Source of the DNA: Anaeramoeba ignava BMAN
Lineage: Eukaryota > Protista > Anaeramoebae
Reading direction: 5' to 3'
NCBI GenBank assembly: GCA_028826165.1
Contig: JAPDFW010000053.1
Span: forward strand, 248,001 to 312,000
Length of the DNA: 64,000 bases
Made by a program: the position numbers and the translations under genes. The notes beneath the pieces were generated by a model. That model was not told the DNA's origin. It saw only the letters and a list, made by a program, of their open reading frames with translations, and did not search any database. This document shows, in pieces, positions 1 through 9,300 of this stretch. Numbering within the stretch: position 1 is the first letter of the stretch; every line of letters begins with the position of its first letter.

Positions 1-2
1 CA

Positions 3-137
3 CCGGGAATTATTACTGAGCAAGAATTCCAAGATTATTTCTCAAAAGAACAAATTGAATACTTTAAACAACATATGCCTCAAGAAGGTGATGGTTATAA
101 TTATGAGAAATGGACTCAAGATGTTTTTGATCGATAA
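3..137 (+). CDS. 3' end of an alpha-actinin-like protein (C-terminal Ca-insensitive EF-hand), 5'-truncated by the window
   Basis: Manual translation PGIITEQEFQDYFSKEQIEYFKQHMPQEGDGYNYEKWTQDVFDR* resembles the actinin/spectrin terminal EF-hand pattern (IT.EEL...L..EQ.EY....M......DY..F). Confidence 0.65.
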   Translation, partial: PGIITEQEFQDYFSKEQIEYFKQHMPQEGDGYNYEKWTQDVFDR

Positions 138-149
138 ATTCAATTCAAA

Positions 150-251
150 ACAAACAATTTAAAACAATTTAAAACAATTTAAAAAAATTCAAAATTCAAT
201 CAAAAAAATTCAAAACAATTTAAAACAATTTAAAACAATTTAAAACAATTT
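150..251. repeat. Short tandem repeat (AAAACAATTT)n
   Basis: Visible repeated aaaacaattt units downstream of the stop at 137. Confidence 0.8.
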
Positions 252-461
252 GTACTGGTTTTCTTAACTCAACAGAACAAAAAAAAAACAAATGAACTTT
301 TTCCGTTTTTTTTTCACTTTTTTTCTTTCTTTCAAAATTTCAAAACAAAACAAAACAAAACAAAACAATTTTTTTTTCAATTCAAAAAAAAAAACAAAAC
401 TAAAAAAAAAACAAAATTCATTCATTTTTCATTTTTTTCATTTATTTTTTTGCTTTTAAAA

Positions 462-3038
462 ATGTTAAGAAAAAGTTCTTCTCAAAAACCTAAAAATACT
501 CCTTTTAGACAACAAAAACTTAAAGCTTGGCAACCAATTTTAACTCCAAGAATTATTATTCCTTGTAGTTTTATTTTTGGTTTTTTTTTTCTTTTAATTG
601 GTATTTTACTTGTTGTTTCTGTTAATTCAGTTGTTGAATTTTCAAAAAGATATGATAATCTTTGTGCTGAAGGTGCAAATTGCACTATTACTATTGGTAA
701 ATAAAGTTTCATTAACCATTCATTTTTTAATTTCAATTTACCATCAATTTTAATTTTATAAATGAATTTTAATTTTAATTTTAATTTTAATTATAATTTT
801 AATTTTAATTTTAATTTTAATTATAATTTTAATTTTATAAATGAATTTTAATTTTAATTTTAATTTTAATTTTAATTTTAATTTTAATTTTAATTTTAAT
901 TTTAATATTAATTTTAATTTTAATTTTATTTTTAATTTTAATTTTAATTTTAATTTTAATTTTAATTTTAATTTTAATTTTAATTTTAATTTTAATTTTA
1001 ATTTTATAAATGAATTTTAATTTTAATTTTAATTTTAATTTTAATTTTAATTTTAATTTTAATTTTAATTTTAATTTTAATATTAATTTTAATTTTAATT
1101 TTAATTTTAATTTTAATTTTAATTTTAATTTTAAATGAATAATTTTAATTTTAATTTTAATTTTAATTTTAATTTTAATTTTTAATTTTAATTTTTAATT
1201 TTAAATTTTAATTTTAATTTTAATTTTTAATTTTAATTTTAATTATAATTTTAATTTTAATTTTAATTTTAATTTTAATTTTAATAATTTTAATATTAAT
1301 TTTAATTTTAATTTTAATTTTAATTTTAATTTTAATTTTAATTTTAATTTTAATTTCAATTTTAATTTTAATTTTAATTTCAATTTACCATCAATTTTAA
1401 TTTTAATTTTAATTTTAATTTTAATTTTAATTTTAATTTTAATTTTAAATTTTAATATTAATTTTAATTTTAATTTTAATTTTAATTTTATTTTTAATTT
1501 TATTTTTAATTTTAATTTTAATAATTGATGATTTAGATATTTCAAAAAAGATGAAACATCCTGTATATTTTTATTATGAATTAACAAATTTTTATCAAAA
1601 TCATCGAAGATATGTAAAATCACGATGTGATGAACAACTTAGAGGTCAAAGTGTTACTTATAATGATATGAAAGATTGTAAACCAAAAAGATCAAGAAAT
1701 GATAAAGATAATCCTGATGATTTTTATTTACCTTGTGGTTTAATAGCTGCTTCAAATTTTAATGGTAATTTAATTTTTTTTATAAATTCTTTTTCATTTA
1801 AATATTAAAATTTAAAATTTAAATTAAATTTAAAAAGATACTTTTACAATTAAAAATCAAGCTTCAGAAGTTGTTGGATTTGATTCATCAGGAATTGCTT
1901 GGAAATCTGATTTAGAAAAAAAATTTAAAGTAGAATCAAAATCCAAACTCAAATTCAAAATCAAAATTAAATACAAAATTAAATTCAATTCAAAATTAAA
2001 ACAAAATCAAAATTAAATACAAATTCAAAATCAAAATTAAATTCAATTCAAAATTAAAACAAAATCAAAATTAAATACAAAATTCAATTCAAAATCAAAA
2101 TTAAATTCAAAATTAAATTCAAAACCCAAATACAAAATTCAATTCAAAACTAAAACAAAACCAAAATTAAATTCAAAATTAAATTATAAATTAAATTCAA
2201 AATTCAATTATAAATTAAATTCAAAATTAAATTCAAAATTAAATTCAAAATTAAATTATAAATTAAATTCAAAATTAAATTATAAATTAAATTCAAAATT
2301 AAATTATAAATTAAATTCAAAATTAAATTCAAAATTAAATTCAAAATTAAATTCAAAATTAAATTATAAAGCTCTTCAAAACTTTTACCAAAATTAAATG
2401 CAAAAATTATGAATTAAAATTAAATTCAAAAATTCAAACAAATTCAATTCAAAATTAAATTCAAAATTAAATTCAAAATTCAAAATTAAATTCAAAATTA
2501 AATTCAAAATTCAAAATTCAAAATCAAATAATTTATTAAATCAAATTGTTTAAATGAGAACAGCAGCTCTTCCAACTTTACCAAACTTTTGCAAATAATT
2601 CAAGATTGAATTCCAAATATATTCAATTGATATTGAAAATTTCAATTCAATTTAATTTAATCAATTAATTTAATATAATTTAAATCAAATAATTAAATCA
2701 AATAATTTAATTTAATTCAAATAATTTAAATCAATTCAATTTAATTCAATTTAATTCAATTCAAATAATTTAATTCAAATCAAATAATTCAATTCAATTC
2801 AAATAACTTAATTCAATTTATATTTATATTTAAAGGTTATTCAACTGAATTTTTTGAAGGACAAAAATCAATCATATTTTCTACTAGTTGTTGGATTGGT
2901 GGAAAAAATAATTTTCTTGCTTATTCTTATATCGTTTGTGGAATTATTTTAATTATTTTTGCAAGTCTTTTCTTAATTAAACATTTAACATCAAGAAAAA
3001 TTTTAAGTGAACACACTATTTTTAATTGGGAAAAATAA
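462..3038 (+). CDS. CDC50: CDC50/LEM3 family P4-ATPase flippase beta subunit, multi-exon, with one internal exon damaged
   Basis: Motifs FRQQKLKAWQPILTP (462-696), VYFYYELTNFYQNHRRYVKSR and PCGLIAAS.FN (1537-1764), GIAWKSD..KKF (1838-1929), MRTAALPT (~2554-2580) and WIGGKNNFLAYSYI plus TM helix (~2836-3038). Confidence 0.9.
745..1520. repeat. (AATTTT)n microsatellite in CDC50 intron 1
   Basis: Direct reading; the intron runs GT697..AG1536. Confidence 0.95.
1935..2820. repeat. Intronic satellite of AAATTCAAAATT / AATTC units containing exon remnants
   Basis: Degenerate ~12-bp tandem units, nearly G-free on the + strand. Confidence 0.85.
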
Positions 3039-3171
3039 ACAAATTTTTTCTTTTGTTTTCAATTTAATTCAAAATTTAAAATTCATTTCCCAAAATTTAT
3101 CTTTTTTTTTGGAAAAAAATAATAAAATGAGAAACAAAAAAAATAATAAAAAGAAAAAGAAACAATTTCTG

Positions 3172-3425
3172 TTTTATATTTTGAAATTGAATTTATATTT
3201 TGGAATTAAATTTATATTTTGGAATTAAATTTATATTTTGAAATTTGAATTTATATTTTGGAATTAAATTTATATTTTGAAATTAAATTATATTTTGGAA
3301 TTAAATTTATATTTTGAAATTAAATTAATATTTTGGAATTGAATTTATATTTTGAAATTAAATTTATATTTTGAATTTAAATTTATATTTTAAATTTATA
3401 TTTTGAAATGTTTTGGAATTAAATT
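3172..3425. repeat. ~19-20 bp tandem repeat (AAATTTATATTTTGGAATT) between convergent 3' ends
   Basis: About a dozen degenerate units visible. Confidence 0.85.
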
Positions 3426-3438
3426 TGTTAAAAGAAAT

Positions 3439-5333
3439 TCATTTTTCATCATCTAAATCAGACCAATAATAATCACTTGATTGATTTGAATCATTTTCTG
3501 AATCACTTTTGTTTTTATTCATTTCTTTCGTTATTTTCCCAACTTTTTTTGCCATTTCTTTTATAGAATCTTCAACATCCCTTTTAGAATGTTTTTTCAT
3601 TTTAACTGTATTTTTTTTCTTCATTCTTTTACTTTCATTTAATGCTTTTTTTTTCGCTTTTTGAATATGGGAAATATAAGAATCCATTTCATTGCGATCC
3701 ACTTTTCTAAAAACAAAATCTGAAGAATCAACTTGTGGATCAAAATCAATTTCTTGGAATTTTGATTTTGGTGATTTCCGAATTTTCCACTTTTTTGTTT
3801 TTGGTTTAATATCATCAGATTCAAGAAATGAAAAAATATTTTCTTTCTTTTTAATGTTTTCATCATCTTCTAATGCATCATCTTGATATCCAGCTTCAGC
3901 ATTGCTTAAAATTTGTCGAATTTGTTTTCTTCTTTTAATTGTTCCTTTTCTTGCCATTTTTTCAACTTCAATTTCTTGATTTTTCTTTGTTTTTTTGGTT
4001 TTTTTGCTTGGATTAACAGATTCAAAAAATTTTCTTGAACACTCTTCAGCACTTTTTGTTGGAATAAATTCAGAAATTTTATCCCAATAATTTTTTTCAT
4101 TTGGTGGGACATTTGCAAAAGCTTTTTCTAATTGTTTTTTTTCTTCTTCTGTCCAAATATTTTCATTTTCATTTTCATTTTCATTTTGATTTTGAATTTT
4201 GAATTTTGATTTTCATTTTGATTTTCATTTTCATTTTGATTTTCATTTTCATTTTGATTTTGGTTAATTGATTCTTCAATTTGTTCTTTGTTTGGTAATT
4301 TAAATTTTACTTGATTTTCTTCCTGTTTTCTTTTTTTGTTTTCTTTTCTATTTTTTGGTTGATTTGCTTTATTCATTTCGAAATGTTCAATTTCCAGTTT
4401 GTTTTCCATAAAATATTTATTTGATTCAGATCCAGATTCAGATTCAGATTCATCATCACTTTCATCATCATTTTCATCATCATTTTCATCATCACTTTCT
4501 TCAAAAAATTTTTTATTCCTTAAAAAAATTGGTTCTGATGAAAGTGAACTTGTTGTGCTTAAATCTTTTTTTGGATTAATTTTTGAATCTTTTTTTAAAT
4601 CTTTTTTTAAATCTTTTTTTGAATTAATTTTTAAATCTTTTTTTGAATTGAATTTTTGAATCTTTTTTTAAATCTTTTTTTAAATCTTTTTTTAAATCTT
4701 TGTTTAAATCTTTGTTTAAATCTTTTTTTGAATTAATTTTTAAATCTTTTTTTAAATCTTTGTTTAAATCCTTGTTTAAAATTGTTGAATCTCTTTTCTA
4801 AAATTTCTAAATCTTTGTTTAAATCCTTGTTTAAAATTGTTGTATCTTTTTGGATATTTCTTGGAATAATATTATGAATAATTTCATTTGTGTTTTTTGG
4901 ATTTTTTTTCTTAAATCTCTGAAAAAATTCTTTTAATTCAATTTTCCAATTCTTTGGAAATCCACTTTGAAATTTTTCAATAAATTCTCGATCAAAACCT
5001 TGTTTTTCCGTTTCATTTTGATTTATTTTTCCAATTAAATGATATTTTGTTCCACTTTTTGTTATTACAATATTTTTTGATTGTCTTTTTTGAATCAATG
5101 AAGAATTCCAAGTTTGATTCATTTGAGTTTCAATTCCTTCAACAAAAACATTTGGTTCAAAAGCATTTCCAAACTAATTTTAATTGAAAATTCAAATGGA
5201 AATTTTTAAATTGTGTTTTTAATTCGATTCCAAATGGTTTTTTTAAATTTGATTTAAATTGTTTTTCAAATTAAATTTTTACAGGACGAAGAAATCTTAA
5301 ATACCAATTTTTTAAAGAATGTTTAGAATTCAT
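3439..5333 (-). CDS. KNL2: KNL2/Mis18-binding protein 1 (CENP-A loading factor): N-terminal SANTA, SANT/Myb and conserved C-terminal motifs; apparent frameshifts in repeats
   Basis: Exon 1 MNSKHSLKNWYLRFLRP (5333-5283), intron to 5174, SANTA WNSSLIQKR..IVITKSGTKYHLIG..GFD..FQSGFPKNW, SANT WTEEEKKQLEKAFANVPPNEKNYWDKISEFIPTKSAEECSRKF (~4155-4025), then KGTIKRRKQIRQIL and DYYWSD near the end. Confidence 0.85.
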
Positions 5334-5408
5334 TTTTTTTTTTTAATAAAAAAATGAAAAAATGAAAAAATGAAAATTTTTTTTTTCATTTTTTTCCTTT
5401 CATTTAAA
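5334..5408. promoter_or_regulatory. Putative bidirectional core promoter with initiator-like TCATTT motifs on both strands
   Basis: 75 bp between divergent ATGs; three AAATGAAA copies (TTTCATTT on the minus strand) toward KNL2 and two TTTCATTT copies toward EMC4. Confidence 0.55.
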
Positions 5409-6105
5409 ATGCAAAATTTAAAATTTCAACAAAAATTTCAAGATAAACAAAATAATTCAATCGAAAATCCAATTGGAATGGTGTCAATTTCCACATTAAA
5501 TAAAGAAGAAAAAAAAGTGAAAATTACAATTCCTTCTGAACAAAAAAAACAAGAAGAAATTGACTTAAAATTAAAAAAAGCAAAAGAAATTTCATTTTCT
5601 CCATTTCAATCAATTATTATGTCTCTTATCATGTTATTTTTTTCCGCCAAAAATTTAAACATCATTTCAATGTCAATAATTTCAATGTCACTTATGAACA
5701 CAATAAAAACAATTTTTTCAGTTAATAAAGGTTCTATTCTTCATATAAACATTTAACAATTCAACATTTGACAATTAAATATTTGACAATTAAACATTCG
5801 GCATTATATTTTTGACATTTTTTTTTTTGATTAGTTTTTGAACAACTTATTGATATTGGTCCAAAAATTATTATCTACAAAATAATTTTTATTGCTATTA
5901 ATTTTATACAATTAGGCGGTGTTATTTATAGAATAAATAGTCTTGGTTTGATTCCTTCTTTTCATGATTTAATTACTTCACGTGATTTACCTAAAAATGT
6001 ATTTAATAATTTTTTTAATTTTTTTATTTTTTTAATTTATTTTTTTAATTTATTTTTTTAATTTATTAGAGTGATATCCTTTATGGAGGTGGTTTTAATA
6101 ATTAA
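5409..6105 (+). CDS. EMC4: ER membrane protein complex subunit 4 (TMEM85), 3 exons
   Basis: NPIG, LKLKKAKEISFSPFQSIIMSLIMLFFSAKNLNIIS and exon 2 IYRINSLGLIP match the EMC4 patterns (L..KKAW..A..P..M..M.G....IF; YK...MGLLP). Confidence 0.8.
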
Positions 6106-6327
6106 ATAATTTACAATTTTTGCTTCAAATTAATCAATTAAAAAATTTTACAATTTTTCTTTTTCTTCTTCTTCTTTTAAATTTTTTAATAAATAAAACA
6201 AAAAAAAAATAAAAAATAAAAAATAATCGTTAAAAAATTTCCATTTTTTTTAAAATAAATTTTTTTTCATTTCATTTTTCTTTCTTAAATTAATTATTTC
6301 AAAATTATTTCAAATTATTTAAAAATT

Positions 6328-9300
6328 ATGGATTCTTTTTATCATTATTCAAAAAATAATGAATATCAAATTAAAATTGAAAATCAAAACCAAAATGAAA
6401 ATAAAATTGAAAGTTTTAGTCGATTTAAAAGAAAAAATCAAATCAAATATCAAAGAAAAAAACCAATTCAAAATTTAAATCAAATTGAAAATGAAAATGA
6501 AATCAATAGAATTTGGAAAAGAAAAAATGAAAATCAAAATCAAACCAAAAATCAAAATCAAATTGAAAATCAAAATCAAATTGAAAATGAAAATCAAAAT
6601 CAAAATCAAATTGAAATTGAAACTCCTAGTCGATTTAAAAGAAAAAGTGAAATCAAAAACCAAAATGAAAATCAAAATGAAATCAATAGAATTTGGAAAA
6701 GAAAAAATGAAAATCAAAATCAAACCAAAAATCAAAATCAAAATCAAAATCAAAATCAAAATCAGAATCAAAATCAAAATCAAAATGAAAATGAAAATCA
6801 AAATCAAAATCAAAATCAAAATCAAATTGAAATTGAAACTCCTAGTCGATTTAAAAGAAAAAGTGAAATCAAAAATCAAATTGAAATTCAAGAAAAAAGA
6901 ATTTGGAAAAGAAAAAGTGAAAATCAAAATGGAAATGAAAATGAAATTAAAATTGAAACTCCTAGTCGATTTAAAAGAAAAAATCAAATTGAAATTCAAA
7001 ATGAAATTCAAAATCAAATTGAAAACCAGAATGAAATCCTAAATTTAACTCAAATTGAAAATCAAATTGAAAATGAAAACAAAATTGAAACTCCTAGTCG
7101 ATTTAAAAGAAAAAGTGAAATCAAAAATCAAAATGAAATTCAAGAAAAAAGAATTTGGAAAAAAAAAAGTGAAAATCAAAATGGAAATGAAAATGAAATT
7201 AAAATTGAAACTCCTAGTCGATTTAAAAGAAAAAATGAAAATCAAAATCAAATCCAAAATCAAATTGAAAATGAAATCCTAAATTTAACCCAAATTGAAA
7301 ATGAAATTCAAAATGAAAACAAAATTGAAACTCCTAGTCGATTTAAAAGAAAAAGTGAAAATCAAAATCAAATTCAAAATCAAATTGAAAATGAAATCCT
7401 AAATTTAACCCAAATTGAAAATCAAATTGAAAATGAAAACAAAATTGAAACTCCTAGTCGATTTAAAAGAAAAAATGAAATCAAAAATTTAACTCAAATC
7501 AATAGAATTTGGAAAAGAAGAAGTGAAAATCAAAATCAAACCGAAAATCAAAATCAAAATCAAAATCAAAATGAAAAAAAAATCAAGAATATTTTGGATT
7601 TAATTCAACAAAATAACATTGAATCTTTAAAAAAAATTGAATCAATTTGGGGAAATAACTCAAATCAAAAAGAAAACTTGGATATATTGAAATTTGCTAT
7701 ACAAAAAGGAGTTTCAACACAAATCATTGAAATTTTAATCGAAAAAGGAATAAACCTCAAATCAAAAGATCATTTACAAAGAAATTCATTACATTTCGCC
7801 ATAATTAATAACTCAGGAATTAAAACTATTGATTTATTAATTCGAAAAGGAATACCGATTAACTCAAAAGATAAAAAACAAAAAACAATTTTACATTATT
7901 CAGTAATTCATTTGAAAAAAGGAAATAAACTTAATATTATTAAATATTTGATTCGAAAGGGGCTTGATATTAATGCAAAAACAATCAATAATAAAACAGT
8001 TTTACATTATGCTTGCAAACATAATTCATGTGATATTATTAAATATTTGATTCATATGAGAGCTGATATTAATGCAAAAACAACCAGGAATGAAACAGTT
8101 TTACATTATGCTTGCCAAAAAAATTCACTTGATATTATTAAATATTTGATTCGAAAGGGGCTTGATATTAATGCAAAAACAATCAATAATAAAACAGTTT
8201 TACATTATGCTTGCCAAAAAAATTCACTTGATGTTATCGAATATTTGATTCAAAAAAAGGTTAATATTTATGCTCAAACAAACTATAATGAAACAATTTT
8301 GCATTATGCTTGCAAAAATAATTCAATTCAAATCATCAGCTATTTGATTAAAAAAAGAATTGGTATTTCTGCTCAAACAATCTATAATGAAACAGTTTTA
8401 CATTATGCTTGCCAAAAAAATTCACTTGATATTATTAAATATTTGATTAAAAAAGGAATTGATATTAATGCAAAAACAATCAATAACAAAACAGTTTTAC
8501 ATTATGCTTGCCAAAAAAATTCACTTGATGTTATTAAATATTTGGTTAAAAAAGGAATTGATATTAATGCAAAAACAAATCAAAACACTTCAACTTTGCA
8601 TTATGCTTGCGAAAATAATTCACTTGAAATTATTGAATTTCTTCTTTCAAAAGGACTTGATATAAATTCAAAAGCAAAATGCGACCAAACACCTTTACAT
8701 ATTGCATGCGTAAACAATTCTTTTGAAGTCATCAGATTTCTCATTTCCAAAGGAGCGGATATCAATTCAAAAACAAAATCTAATCAAATACCTTTGCATA
8801 TCGCATGTAGATCTAATTCTATTGAAATGGTAAAAATACTTATTGATAAAGGATCAGATATTAACCCCAAAAACATAAACCAAGAAACACCTTTACATAT
8901 TGCAACTAAAAATAATTTTATTGAAATTACGCAACTTCTAATTGAGAAAGGAGCAGATGTTAATGCAAAAAATAAAAATAAGCATTCACCTTTATATTTT
9001 GCTTGCAATCACAATTTTGCTCAAATTGCCAAAATTCTCATTGACAATAGGGCAGAGATAAACCTAAAAAAAACTCATCTTGAAAAGCTTTTGCGTTTCT
9101 CTTGCAGATATAATTTTATTGAAATTTCCAAAATGGTTATTGCGAAAGGAGCCGATGTTAATGCAAAAGGAAAGGATCATCAAGCACCTTTACATATTGC
9201 TTGTGAAAACAATTTTATTGAAATTGTGAAAATTCTAGTTCAAAACAAAGCACGTCTTAATTCAAGAACAAATAATAATCAAGCATCTTTACATATTGCA

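Noticed and set aside
2551-2553. Stop-codon reassignment (TAA here, TGA at 52523)
   Set aside because: TAA and TGA terminate many genes in this window, long ORFs have no in-frame stops, and both sites are explained by local indels or damage.
6475-7282. Alternative-frame Lys/Ile-rich and antisense hydrophobic ORFs over NQ/NE tracts (also 11685-12017, 14106-14776, 26345-26594, 56012-56344)
   Set aside because: Frame shadows of low-complexity coding repeats.
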